A stretch of 63,975 nt of DNA, filler included, from Craspedostauros australis (taxonomy: Eukaryota): NCBI GenBank assembly GCA_030167865.1. It is 12 parts of 12 records of this genome, joined end to end, with 100 filler letters (N's around TTAATTAATTAA, not from the genome) between each part and the next. Parts side by side here need not be neighbours in the genome. Positions count along the whole stretch, not along the records: positions 4,356 to 12,992 come from JALAGF010002865.1; positions 13,093 to 21,920 come from JALAGF010002866.1; positions 22,021 to 23,771 come from JALAGF010002867.1; 9 more parts are not named here. One strand, 5' to 3'. The notes beneath the pieces were generated by a model. That model had not been told where the DNA came from and made no database searches. It worked only from the letters and a program-made list of their open reading frames with translations. Shown here one piece after another: positions 11,356 through 23,871 of the stretch. How positions within the stretch are numbered: the first letter of the stretch is position 1; each line of letters begins with the position of its first letter. The position numbers were made by a program, and so were the translations under genes.

Positions 11356-13092
11356 GGTGAAGAGTGCAACAAGGCGCCGCTGCTGCTGCGCGACATTGGG
11401 AGAACACAACCGTGTTAAACTTCACGGCAGACTTCATCCTGTCGTGATGCGCCACGAATACGATTGTATGGCGCACGCCAAGAACTCATGATGTGGTGCC
11501 CGAACAAAGCAGTGGGCACGAAGGATCAGAAAGAACCGAAGACGAGCAACTATCCTTATCGCAGCAAACCACCAAACTAATGTAATAGACATCATAAAAA
11601 ACTAGTATCATAAATTGATGAGAACAAGACGAAAACAAGCGAGGGCATCGGTGCTCGGGTGAATAGCTCTTACGCGTTCAATCCGAGATATATGGACGCC
11701 TTGGGATCTCCTGTGGGTTCAGCAGTGCGCTTGCATGGGAGGTGGTGCAAGAACGATCCCAGTTCAATGATATGTATTCAATTCTGGTGATCGTCTCTGT
11801 TTGATAAGTGTTTCTAATTGCCCAATATTCAGTCTGGCCGGCTGCTTTGTGGCGACCATTCAAAGGCCACCACTTGTCAACCGAAGTAAACGTCTTTCTA
11901 CCTTTCCTCCGAACAACAGCGTTAACGAACAATTGGATGTCCGCTTCATGTGAACTGCTCTAAAATAGCGAACGGCGACGTTGGCGAAGACGGTATCGAC
12001 GTTTGCTACTTGCTGAAGCGAGTCATGTCGTTGCTGTTGCACTGTGTCACTTATTCGTTGTTCGGCAAGCCAGTCATGTGGGGGAGCGAAAAGTGCGATA
12101 GATCTCCTTGTTCGTTTAGTCGCAGCGGCCTGCGAGGATGAACTGATCGTGGATAGGGTGTGATAAGAACCTCCGACGAACGTCAACTAACGCCGGCGAA
12201 CGCCGATACCTTGCACTAATTTGTTTCGTCACGGTTAATTGTTGTGAGACCAGCGATGGTCCAGTGGATCGTTGTGCATTGTTGGATGGGTTCGTACCAC
12301 GTCGCAGCTGCAAGGCGCTTTGTTGCCAGCGGGAACGACCGTTTCTCGCGTCTGTTGTTGCGATGAGACGTTTCGGTCGTGGTGCGAAACCAAGACCACC
12401 ATCGTTGATACTGCACAATACCATGGTCTCGATTGCGAAATGCGGAAACGCGATTGTCTCCTCTTCGTAAATCCTGTCTTGTGGATGCCACGTCAATGAT
12501 AAGTCCAGGGAGCAACGGTAAAAAATGAAAATTACCATAGGTCGGAAAATAAGCTGAAATGAAACACGTACGCTACGGTGGCTTGGACTGAATAGCATGA
12601 CCGGGGCAACCAGTGTTGGAGTGCGGAGAGCGAAGCAACTCACAAACCCGAGAAGCACCACTCCTGTGTTGTTGGCAACTGNNNNNNNNNNNNNNNNNNN
12701 NNNNNNNNNNNNNNNNNNNNNNNNNNNNNNNNNNNNNNNNNNNNNNNNNNNNNNNNNNNNNNNNNNNNNNNNNNNNNNNNNNNNNNNNNNNNNNNNNNNN
12801 NNNNNNNNNNNNNNNNNNNTTCGGAGTCGCAGACGTGGCAGAGTTCTGCTGTTTGGGGCACAACACAGTTGCAGTGTTCATGACAAAAGACACTGGATCA
12901 GTGTCGTTGCCTTCGTTCTTCACATTGTATCCAAAGTTTGTGTTGATCTCAGTGCACTCGAGCGGATCTTCGTCATGCGCAACATCTTTGTANNNNNNNN
13001 NNNNNNNNNNNNNNNNNNNNNNNNNNNNNNNNNNNNTTAATTAATTAANNNNNNNNNNNNNNNNNNNNNNNNNNNNNNNNNNNNNNNNNNNN

Positions 13093-13592
13093 CGGTGGCG
13101 GAATCACGACACAAAACTATGACGTCACAGCGATACCATCGCTATACCACGAAGACACCGCGATACTACGACGCCACGATACCGCGATACCAGCGGATAC
13201 CACAGTATCCATCACACGTGACGTCACATCGAGACCTTAACTACCAGGTCTACAGGAATGAAATATGTTGTGAATATTCCGTCAGATTCGATCAATCATC
13301 AGATTCAACAAAACCCGAGAATGGAACAACGACGAGACAACGAGAGAGAAACGACGAGGTTGACGATCAAGTCAACATCAACGAGCAACATGAGAGCAAN
13401 NNNNNNNNNNNNNNNNNNNNNNNNNNNNNNNNNNNNNNNNNNNNNNNNNNNNNNNNNNNNNNNNNNNNNNNNNNNNNNNNNNNNNNNNNNNNNNNCACCA
13501 ACAATCAATAGCAACAACAGTAACAGTAACAGAAACACTTTCGACAAAGAGTGTGACTACTACCGATTCTCCGTGCGCGGAGCCTTCCAACA
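13093..13592. mobile_element. Possible second LTR-like insertion truncating the LINE RNase H
   Basis: Ends in ...TTCCAACA, like the LTR family at 14559, exactly where the RNase H-like frame (..GVLVIIEA) stops resembling protein. The other end is lost in gaps. Confidence 0.4.
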
Positions 13593-13769
13593 GGCCTCGA
13601 TGATCACAAGCACACCATAGATTCCGGCGAGTTCCGCACAATGTGATTGCATCACTTCGTTGGTGGCTGGAGTTCTGTTAGCGAGCCAGAGCCGCGCCAC
13701 TTGGTCCGCCTGGACGGCGTGAATAACAGCTCCCGCTGCTCCTCGACCTTCCGCAACAGATCCGTCGCT
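13593..13769 (-). pseudogene. LINE RNase H continuation beyond the solo LTR
   Basis: SDGSVAEGRGAAGAVIHA..MQSHCAELAGIYGVLVIIEA joins in frame to LRDGTLTAC once the LTR and one TSD are removed. Confidence 0.85.
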
Positions 13770-14559
13770 TGTCAGGAATCGGGTGTTATGAAACGCGTGA
13801 TTGCCGCACCTCCCAAGAGTGAGGAGACAAATGTCATGAAACACTATATTACCGCACCTCCCACTGTGACATTGTGAACACCAAAATGTGAGGTACGTGA
13901 CAGGGCGAATGGTATCCTGAGACAAATGGTGAATGGCAAGTGTGGATCGAATGATGACTGTGAAGGGTAATACAATCATCCAATGCACGGTTGCATGTCA
14001 CACGTGGCTGCAATGATGCATTCGTGACCATCATCAGGTACAAGCGAATACAGCCCTCATGTAATGACGAACGAAGAACCGAGGAGTCGGAATATCCCAT
14101 TACCACGAAGTACAAAAAGGACCGTGAGAGAACTCTCCGGTGATAATGGATGAAGCTGGTAACGGACCAGCAAAAGGAAAGTGATAAGGGATGGCTGCCT
14201 CAACACGAGACATCGTGTGAGAAATCGTGAGAACAACGGTTCAACCGTGAGAACAGTTGTGTCTCTTGTGTTTTGTGAAAAACACGAAGATGATGATCCG
14301 ACTGAGTGAATCGAATCGGTAACGCCTGTGAATCAACGATGTCTACGATGATGAATCTAACAGAAGAAAGACAGGGTGAATTCACAAGATGGGCAACCTT
14401 GCAAGACGAATGCATGGTAGACCAGCAGATGCAACCATGGGGATTGCAGCAGGTGATCGATCATCAAGATGAAAGAGCAATGAAGAGCTCACAGTTCGAA
14501 AGAGTAGATTCTAATAACGATTAGTCTCCTACTACTAACACCACCCCGGATTTCCAACA
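13770..14559. mobile_element. Solo LTR (790 bp) with 6-bp target-site duplication GTCGCT
   Basis: Starts TGTCAGGAATCGGG and ends CCCCGGATTTCCAACA (imperfect terminal inverted repeat). GTCGCT lies at 13764-13769 and 14560-14565. Confidence 0.9.
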
Positions 14560-17500
14560 GTCGCTACACGCCGTAAGAGTACCGTCTCTCAGTGAGTTGG
14601 CGATGGTATCCACGTCCCCCATGATTTCATGAACTCGTATCGCCCATGACTTGGACGGTGCCATCCGGCTGACGAGATCGCCAAACTGCAGTGCTGGCGC
14701 TGAGTGCGGCGTCAACCCTGGGCCCGAGCCTTCCACCACTATTCGTCCTTGGTGTAGGTAGCCATCGACCACCCCCTGACCTGGGATGATTGCGCCGTCC
14801 GATTCCTCGTATACTTGCTGTCTTCGACGTCGTGGCACTCTGCGAAAGTGTTTGTTGGGCCATTGAGAGTAGTAAAGCCGGTCTTCAATAGCACTTTGGA
14901 AGACCAGGGGCCTCATCGAGGAGAACTCTATCCAGCTCCCTAGAGGCCGCTCCAGAGCGATGGTACGCGTTCGTGATGCCGGGAAACACTGGCTGATCGC
15001 CTGCTGCCATTGCCGCCATTTCGCCGAGCTGATGTCCCCCATTGCTGGCCATGCCATGACTGACTGCCTGAGATTGGTCGGTCCTGGATCGAGTACGTCA
15101 GGGACCAAGGAGTCGCTCGAGGCGTTTACGATGTCCGAGAGCCAAAACACCTGCTTCTTCTGCCGGCACAGGTTGACCGCCCGTAGCGTTGCCGTGGGCA
15201 GGCCCAACCTCATCACGAGGTCCATGACTGTGATGTCATGCTGGCGCGGAGGTGCGACAATGGGTGTTTCGTACTGTATTCGGACACCGGCTGCGTGGGC
15301 TTCGCCCCAGACTGACTTCATCCAGGAGCCTTCCGCGAGCAGACTCCATTTGTCGAAGTCCAGCTCCATAGCTCTGGGCATTCCCGCTTGGAGCGTGAGC
15401 ATCTCCACCTGAGTTCGCATCAGTCTTCCAGTGAGGGTGGGTGCTGTCCAGTGCCGGACGACTGCCTCGATGTGTCGCATGGTTTGAGTGTTGTAAATGT
15501 GTGGCACCCCGAGACCGAAGCCTTGAGGCGCGCCGAACACCAGCGCTCGAGAAACATTCCGCTGTATGCCAGACGCAGGCAGTGCGGCCTGAAGTATTGG
15601 CCGCATTATGCGCTCCGTCGCTGCCTTGGAAAAGGTGGAGCTCAGAAGAGGATACTCGACCGTTTTCCATATCGTGGCCTTCATCGCGATCCACGCGTGC
15701 ATACGTAGTAGCTTTCCTTGACGCATTTTGTCCGCCCACTGTTGTGCCTTCTTGAAATAGTACGCCTCATTGCTTTCCTGATTGCCGTCGTGCCGGACCA
15801 TCACCCCCAATGCCTTTCTGGCCTGATCCACATGCAGGCGTTGTAGCTTCGACTTCACGTCACTGTCAGGCTGGCGGATGCTGATGTCGCCTGGCTGTTC
15901 CTCCACTGTCTTGTATTGCCAGCGCTCTCCGTCCCAGCGAAATGCCATAAGGTACCAGTAACTTTTCCGTGGTTCCAAGGCCCCGCCGGTCGCCCGGAGC
16001 ATGCCCTCCCACGAATCCACCACTGCTTGTATTTCGGTGATACATGCATTTGAGTCGGACGCATCACTGCGGACTGAGTGGATCAGGTTGGTATCATCGA
16101 CAAAGGAAAAGCACACTAGTCTTGTCGTCGTCTTGGTGATCGGGCTGGTAGATCGAAAACCGTACCCTTGCCGCTGCATGGCCTGCATGAGAGGGGAGCT
16201 CATCGCCACCCATCCTGCTGGAGAGATGCCAAGCCCTTGGAGCAGTCCTTGCAGTTTGTCACCTTTGACAGGGTACGTTCTCAGAGACTTCCCAAAGCTG
16301 GTAAGGACATGGTGTTTCATTCCTTCCACTGCGTCGGTCACACTGTGACTTATCCACGAAGGGACCCCGATTCTGCCCATGCTCATCCGTAGTGGATTGT
16401 GTGCCATGCGGTCGTAACAGATTTTCGCGTCATTGGAGCATATGGCGTTGGTTGTCCCTGTGATATGGACAATGTCGTCAATCATTCGGTTGTCGAGGCT
16501 GACTTCCGCCGCGCTTCTTTGCTTCCGACTGCCATATTGTTCTTCCGGTAGCATGTCGTGCTGCTCCGCGTGCTGCATCATTATTTTTCCCACCCACTTC
16601 AGGTTTGCGTTGAAATCACCTTCCACGAGACTTATGGTACGAAACCGCGTCACCCTGTAGTTGCCTGGCTCCTTGAGCAGTGTCACGTCTTCACATCTCA
16701 GCCACCTGCGCAGGTTGTATCCGGACCGAAGAGAGATTTCCCTCATTACCGCGTCCACCTCAGCCAGCTGATCGTCCTTCGCATTGGCTTTCCAGAGACC
16801 GAAGTGTAGTCCAGATGGCCCCGACGTGGTGCGTTCTCTAGCCTTGGACCAGAGCTTTTGATGGCTCTCCACCGTGATGCGCAGAAAGTCATCTGGCCAT
16901 GGAATGGGTTGTCCTGACAAAAGCTGATCCATCAGCATGTCGTCAAACGGGCCAAGCTTGTGTTGGTGTCGCTGGTGCGCTCGCGCTGCCCCGTGCTGTT
17001 TCACATCATGTTCAAATGCGCGTCCCTGCAGAGGAGTGATGTATGCCTGCCTGTATTTCGCTTCGTTGGCCTTCATGCATTGTGTTATCACTGCTTGCTC
17101 AGTGTCATACACCTCTTCCTCTCCGTTATCGTTTGTCGCGACTACCAGCGCCACTTTACCGTTGGCGTCGAAGTTGCCAGTCACCCTGCGGATGGCTTGA
17201 AATGTGTGCACCACTTCTTCCCGTTTGACAATATTGGATAACGTCGTGGCCACCGTTGTGTTTCCTGCGCGAGCCACTTCTTCCGCCCTTTCTTCCAGAA
17301 ATGTTTTCCGGTCTGCTGCCGCGTTGCGCTTGGCCTGCTTCCACTGTTGTTGTGCCGTCTTGCGCCGCTCTTGTATCTCCTCCACTGTCAGCGTTGCCGT
17401 GTGTACTGTTAAGTGCGCTTTCTTTTTGGCTCGATTGTACCATCTGGAGCTGACCGTCTTTCCTTGCCGCTTCTTCCACGCCAGGTCCCAGAATTTTTTT

Positions 17501-18771
17501 CCATCGCCTTGCGTTTTATCTCGGGGGAAATGGAACATTGCCCAGGAATATCCGCCGCGCTCTTTTTTCTGCATTTAGCATCATTTGCGTCCTGTCTGCG
17601 TCGATGGACTCAGCTTCGTCGACTTGCTTTGCCGTGAGAGGCGCGCCTGCTATTGTCGTTTGTCGTAGAGTTCGCACACGCTGCCCTATTTGCTTTGATT
17701 GGTACTGTTGTCGCAGTTGGTCCTGGTAGCGAGACACCATGTTGGGTCGATTGAGTTGCACTCTTCTACCGCTAAACGTTGGTGTAGGTTTGCTGTGCGC
17801 GCCGAAGATTGACTCCGATGTGACTTCAACCCACGCGGTTCGATGGTCCCAAGGTCCAAAGGCACTGTACCCCGCTCGTATGATGTTCAGCGACGCCGAT
17901 ACCCATATGCCGTCTATGACCCGGTCAGACTGCGCTCTGATGTTGGTAGAGACGCCGGGAGCGTTGGGGTGTCGGCTCAATATGGCCTCTTTCATGCCTT
18001 GGCGTTTCATCATTTCTGCCATTTGCGACTTGTTCACGTGCATGTTGATGTCGCCGCCAATCACGATGGTCTCTCCCGCCCTTATCCATTCTTGCAGGGC
18101 CTCTTCGAGGTCTTGTATGAACTGTTTTATGGGTGGAGTGCTGACTCCTTGTGATTCCAACCACAATGCTTGTTGGTTGTACACCGTGCCTGCGCTCTTC
18201 CCACCTTTGGACAGGATGTATATGCTGACCATCCGAACAGTTGTGTCTTGTTTACCTCGCAGTGTCAGGCTTGCCCACCTGCCTAACCCCCTCAGGTCTT
18301 TCTCCTGTGTGGTGACTCTCCCTGTCGAGTGCCCTGTGGCCGTGCATGCCGTACCTCCCCACTGCCGTCTGTTCCCGTATTGTTCGTGTTCATTGTAGGA
18401 CAGGGCATGGCGCTCGGTATGCATGTGTTGCTTGGCTGTAGCGCTCCAGGCCCTGGTTCCTCCCACCTTCGACCAATTGATCCCTATTTCTGACAATAGT
18501 GCCACGTCAATCTTCATCTGCTTTATCCATTGCCACATATCTCGGTTCTTCCAATGGTTGGACTCGCTATGGAGACACCCCACGTTTAGTGCCGCTATTC
18601 TCAATATCGAGAGGCCCTTTGTTGCTGTGGAGTCGCCCCAATGCTTATCCTGGAGGTGTCGCCCTTCCTGGCGTGTCGCCCTTCCTGGCGTGTCGCCTCC
18701 TGGGATGCATCCATTTGGCTTGCGGGGGTGGTGGACGATGCTTCGCCTGCCCCCAGCCCTGCATTATTCAT
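14560..18771 (-). pseudogene. LINE ORF2: APE endonuclease + reverse transcriptase + start of RNase H (frameshifted)
   Basis: ORFs 17516-18604 (APE) and 14521-17574 (RT) are offset at homopolymer runs near 17495-17530. A 17-bp duplication near 18664-18697 separates the likely ATG at 18771. Confidence 0.85.
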
Positions 18772-21253
18772 TGGTTGTGCCCCCTCCCTTGCTTGAGTCG
18801 GGGGGAGCCGAGCCGGACGCCTGTAGTTGGGCGCGCAGCGCTGCGATGATGGAGTCTTTGCTGGCGATCGCGTTCGATTGTTCTTGCACTCTCTTGTGAT
18901 TAAACTCTGCCTCTTGGTCTTTTCTTGCTTCTCTCATTACTGCTTCCATTTCATTCTCTATTTCCTCTGCCTCCGTCTGCGAATCCAGTTGGGTGTAGCG
19001 CGATGACGCCACTGACTTGCCAAGCTCGGTGGTGAAAGTGTAGACCGATTCATCTTCCAACCTTGGCTTCTTTCGCCTGGGAGAGGGCTCTCGGTCGTCA
19101 TTCACCATCCCCATGCCGTCAATTTGTACCTCGCCAAAGCCTTTGTCAAGCAGGAAGTCCATCTCCAGCTCCATCTCCGCGTCCACGTAGTCGCCGCTGT
19201 CATCCTTCTGCATTAGACAGCTCATCTCTACGATGTCGTCTGAGAACCACTCGTTGGTTGATGCGTTGATCTCCGTGGCACATCGGACTGCGATGGTGTG
19301 GATGATTCCGACTGCTTCTGGGAATCTTTCACCGAAGGCAACAATGTGGATGGCGTCATCTTTTCCGTCTGCCATGTGCGTTGTGCTCACGTCGTGAATG
19401 AGGGGGCATCCGTCTTTGGTCTGCTTTGCAAGGAACTGCCGTAGGGTGATCTGCTTGGTCTCCGGATCTTTCTCGTCGAGCGCGAAATCGCCTTTCAGCT
19501 GTTCGTATTTGAGCTGCCGCACGTGTCGTTGGTGCTTTTTGATCATGGCCTTGACCTTGGTGGCGGTTTTGGCCCCCATGACGGATGTGCCCGGTTTGGG
19601 AACGTAGCGGTAGTTCAAACCCCCACGGTGTGCGTCGCTTTTGTTGAAGATTTGACCCAGCATTTTTGATGCCCTCCGTGCGTCCTTGACGTCGGCATGG
19701 ATGTGCAGAGCCATCCAAGGAGCATTGTACCAACTGCCTCCATTGGCTCTGTGCGCGTCTTGGACGTCCTCCTGTACTTTCCCGATGAATTTGACTCTCC
19801 CGCCCACTTTGATCTTTGCTCTGTTTTCTTCCAGCAGCTGGCTGATGACTTCGAGGGTTTGCTTGGCCTTCGTGAAGTTGCCGGAGTACACCATGAATCC
19901 TATTTCCGTGATGTGCTCCGCGTCCCACAGATCTTGAATGTAGGCGTACTCGCCTTCTGCGTAGGACCCTTCCATCTTGTTGCTTCGGCTGGTGAAGATT
20001 TGCATTCCGACGTTGGATGCCAGCAGGATCTGCATGTACACATCCTCGCTCCTTGAGCTTGGGTTGGCTTTACCCACATAGATTCTGAGGTCTTTCCATT
20101 GTGCTGGAACTCCTTCTGTTGTTGAAATGCATCCTTTCTTCTTGTTCTTGTACCATGGGCGTATGACAAGGCTCTTGTCCATTTCCTTGGCCTCCTCCCA
20201 CCATTGCGCGAATCTGGCCTGAAAGTCCCGGACTGGCTTGCGAGATTCTTTTGGGATCTTCAAACGCATCTCGAATCGCTCGTAGTGGCGTCGTTTGATG
20301 TTGCCAATTTGCATTTCTCTGGCTTCCACCGTCGTCCACCCCTGCTTTTTTGCGGCGTCCTCTCCTGTTTCCCCGTCCCCTGGTTGCCCAGTATCTTGGG
20401 CGTGGTTTGGCATTGCTGCTGCGGCCGGCGGGGACTTGACTGTTTTGGGTCGTTTCGATTTGCCATCCTTGACTGTCGTGGTGAACGCCGTGAGATTTGA
20501 CTGGCATAGGGGCCGCTTGGTGATGAGGGCCTTGAGGTCATGACTGCTGTTGTCGCTGTCTTCCTCCATTGGCTCTGCTGCCAAGTCAACCTCTGGTGGG
20601 CTTATCTCTTCTTGATACTGGCTGCCCATGTAGTTGATTGCAGCAGCCCACATGATAGACATCTGGTTTGCCATTGTTGTCTGTCGATTCTCTTGCGTGG
20701 ATGGGCCAAAGCATTTGCGTGGATCCGTGAGAGATAGATCTGCTATCATCTGCTTGACCCCGGTTCGTTTGGGGTCATCTGGAGAAACTTTGGCCTTCCC
20801 AATGTTGGTGATTCTGCCGTCCATCACTGCTTGGAAGAACTTGGTGATCTCTTGAACTGAGGGGACCATGGCCAAGACTAGCAAAGTGTCGTTGCCTTCC
20901 CATAGTGCTTTTTGGGTTAGCACCTGTTTCACCTTGTTGTGCATCGATCGCCCTGCCTCTCCGAAGATTTCCTCTGCTGTGTATCCTTTGGCTTGTGTGA
21001 TGACACTCAGGGGGAGTTTTTTCCAACGAGAAGCGTTGGGCGTTTGCCATGCGGTGGCTATCAATCCTTGTTTCTCCAGCTCTGCTGCCTCGTTTGCTTT
21101 CGGATCTGGCTCTGGCGGTGGCTTCGTCTGTTGGGTTGGTGCTCCGTTGGTTGTTGCTTCGACCTCCATGTTGTCAACAGATTTGTGGATTACGATGCGG
21201 ACCTGCTTTGTGGTCTTTTTCGCTTGCTGTTTGCGATCCATGGTTGCGTACAA
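18764..21253 (-). CDS. LINE ORF1 protein (829 aa)
   Basis: Long intact ORF immediately upstream of the APE domain on the same strand, with a coiled-coil-like acidic C-terminus. Confidence 0.8.
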   Translation of the reverse strand: MYATMDRKQQAKKTTKQVRIVIHKSVDNMEVEATTNGAPTQQTKPPPEPDPKANEAAELEKQGLIATAWQTPNASRWKKLPLSVITQAKGYTAEEIFGEAGRSMHNKVKQVLTQKALWEGNDTLLVLAMVPSVQEITKFFQAVMDGRITNIGKAKVSPDDPKRTGVKQMIADLSLTDPRKCFGPSTQENRQTTMANQMSIMWAAAINYMGSQYQEEISPPEVDLAAEPMEEDSDNSSHDLKALITKRPLCQSNLTAFTTTVKDGKSKRPKTVKSPPAAAAMPNHAQDTGQPGDGETGEDAAKKQGWTTVEAREMQIGNIKRRHYERFEMRLKIPKESRKPVRDFQARFAQWWEEAKEMDKSLVIRPWYKNKKKGCISTTEGVPAQWKDLRIYVGKANPSSRSEDVYMQILLASNVGMQIFTSRSNKMEGSYAEGEYAYIQDLWDAEHITEIGFMVYSGNFTKAKQTLEVISQLLEENRAKIKVGGRVKFIGKVQEDVQDAHRANGGSWYNAPWMALHIHADVKDARRASKMLGQIFNKSDAHRGGLNYRYVPKPGTSVMGAKTATKVKAMIKKHQRHVRQLKYEQLKGDFALDEKDPETKQITLRQFLAKQTKDGCPLIHDVSTTHMADGKDDAIHIVAFGERFPEAVGIIHTIAVRCATEINASTNEWFSDDIVEMSCLMQKDDSGDYVDAEMELEMDFLLDKGFGEVQIDGMGMVNDDREPSPRRKKPRLEDESVYTFTTELGKSVASSRYTQLDSQTEAEEIENEMEAVMREARKDQEAEFNHKRVQEQSNAIASKDSIIAALRAQLQASGSAPPDSSKGGGTTNE

Positions 21254-22020
21254 ACTTCTGTAGACTTAGTACCGTGAAATTGTTGATGTGTTCTGTTTTG
21301 GATTTTATTGTTGTTACTGTGTGTTTTGGATTTGAGGAAATTCATTAACCAGCCCTTTTGAAGTGCCGATTTGCATCAACCAGCCTGTTTTTTGTGACTT
21401 AAAGTATCAAAACGTCCAAATGTCGATGCGACGTCCTATCGACAGAGAGGTTTCGCATCGACTTCCAAGGTTAGCGCATAAATGTAGATTACCTGCAACA
21501 CGCACGAAAAAGACAAACCACATCACATAAATATGACACACTCATCATAGAATGCAAGTAAATAGTCCATACGAATATGTGACATGCAATGAAGGGAATT
21601 AACGCCTACTTTAGTCATAGATATGTGCATCATCCATCCATTTGCTCCGATTCTTTGCGCCATGGATCGTGTTCTGGCCAAACCTTCATAGCATGGCTCC
21701 ATACCAATGCACTGTGTCCTTCTGAGCATGCGAAACAACAGGCTGCCGAACCATAACATAAATTACATCCAACGTAGCAAACACAACAATCGCATCAAAC
21801 TGTTCAACAACCAGCATGTCCAGCAACAACAAATCGTTCATCACCCTTGCAAAGGGAGCGGAAAAGGAAGGAGTGGACTTCATTCATGTTTGCGCGGCTG
21901 TATTGTCGCACAGCTTGTCTNNNNNNNNNNNNNNNNNNNNNNNNNNNNNNNNNNNNNNNNNNNNTTAATTAATTAANNNNNNNNNNNNNNNNNNNNNNNN
22001 NNNNNNNNNNNNNNNNNNNN

Positions 22021-23771
22021 CCCATCAACCAGCCTGGCGACTGCATATCCGTGGACCAACTCGAGTCACCCACTCCAGGCTTCATTGGCCAAGTGAAAGG
22101 CAAGCTCACCAACCAGAGGTATCGGGCAGCTACGATATTTGTGGACCACTACAGCAGACTCAGTTACGTGCACCTACAGAAGAGCACAAACGCTGAAGAN
22201 ACGCTGAACGCAAAGAAGACCTTCGAAGCCTATGCTCGCAGCCACCATGTCCAAGTCAAGCATTATCATGCAGACAANGGCAGGTTNGCTGAGAATCTAT
22301 GGCGAGATCACATCGATCGGACAGGACAGACAATCACCTTCTGCGCGGCAGAGGCACACTTCCAGAATGGAGTAGCCGAAAGGCGCATCAGAGATCTCAT
22401 GGAACCAGCTCGCACCATGATATTGCATGCATCCATCCGATGGAAGGCTGCAATGTCAATCGCGCTCTGGCCATACGCTCTTCGAATGGCTAACGAGGTC
22501 ATCAACTCGGCGCCAATGGTCAAGCATCAAGCCCAAACACCCATCGAAAGATTCACAGGTGCACAGGTCAGACCACAGCTGAAACACTTCCACACTTTCG
22601 GATGCCCAACATACGTACTCAACTCAAGGCTGGCATCAGGAGGAAGCCAACCCAAGTGGCTATCACGCTCACGGCTTGGCATCTACATCGGAATATCACC
22701 AGTTCACGCCAAGTCAGTTGCTCTGATACTCAATCCAAGAACCGGATTGGTCTCTCCTCAATTCCACATCAAATGTGACGACATGTTCCAAACCGTGGCT
22801 CCAGACATGGACAACAACCACAGCAAATGGAAACAGCTAGCAAAGCTAAGTCCACAGCTGGGCCACAGCAAGAGCAAGACAAAACACATCACGATGCCCG
22901 AGGGAGCTCCTGAACAATACATCAACAAGCAATCAGCGACTGTGGCAGAACCTGACACCGAGGAGACTCTGCAGAACCAAGACATCGAGACTGATACCAT
23001 GGTGGATGAGAGACTGAAACAGAATGCACCAACAATGGAACAGAACCAGATCGGCATCGGTGAGCAACCATCAGATATCGGAGAGGATGGCGCGGTTGCA
23101 GGGCAACACCCCACAACGACACCAACAGGCCTCAGGCGATCGAGCAGGAACAGAACACCATCTCGCAAGGTATTGGAGAACATCGAGACAGGCGTAATCG
23201 CCATCCCAGCGGCATACAAGGTGGCCAACTACCATCTTGACCATGACAGCTTTGACCCTAAGGCATATGATGACCCACTAGCATTCGCAGCCAGTGCGGA
23301 CCCAGATACGATGTACTATCACCAAGCAATGGCACAGCCGGATCGAGACAAATTCAAAGAGGCCATGCAGAAGGAGATCGATGCACATCACGACAACGGT
23401 CACTGGAAGTTGATCCCACGCACCCAGGTTCCCAAGGAGCACAAGGTGCTATCATCGGTATGGTCCATGAAACGAAAGAGACGGCTCAAGACGAGAGAGG
23501 TATATCGATGGAAGGCTCGGCTGAACGCCCATGGCGGTCAGCAGGAGAAGGGAGTGAACTACTGGGAAACCTACGCCCCAGTGGTCACTTGGATATCCAT
23601 CCGGCTGGTCCTCATACTCAGCATCATGCTCGACTGGCACACCAAGCAGGTGGACTTCATCCTGGCATACCCGCAGGCTGACGTTGAGACCACCATATAC
23701 ATGGAAATACCTACTGGAGTGAAACTACAAGGGGGCGACAACAAGTCCCACGTCCTCCAACTCGTGAAGAA
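22021..23771 (+). mobile_element. Copia (CoDi-like) pol fragment: integrase core + RT N-terminus
   Basis: ISVDQLES, IFVDHYS, YHAD.G, HFQNGVAERRIR, LWPYA, FGCPTYV, VSPQFH, WKARLNAHGG, WETYAPVV, QVDFILAYPQA; integrase precedes RT as in Copia. Confidence 0.92.
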
Positions 23772-23871
23772 NNNNNNNNNNNNNNNNNNNNNNNNNNNNN
23801 NNNNNNNNNNNNNNNTTAATTAATTAANNNNNNNNNNNNNNNNNNNNNNNNNNNNNNNNNNNNNNNNNNNN

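Larger units (their letters stand above)
13593..21253 (-). mobile_element. Non-LTR retrotransposon (LINE), Ambal-like: ORF1 + ORF2 (APE-RT-RNase H), disrupted
   Basis: Long ORF1; APE motifs (RIAALNV, LLSEIG, IGGDIN, VIDGIW, PWDHR); RT motifs (EQYGSRK, NDAKICYDRM, GLLQG.GISP, FSFVDD); RNase H (ACSDGS..SHCAELAGI). This large APE-RT-RNH layout is typical of diatom Ambal-type LINEs. Confidence 0.85.

Noticed and set aside
12573..12992. Possible 3' end of a minus-strand gene (FGYNVKNEGND..)
   Set aside because: Short, interrupted by an N gap and the contig end; cannot be supported.
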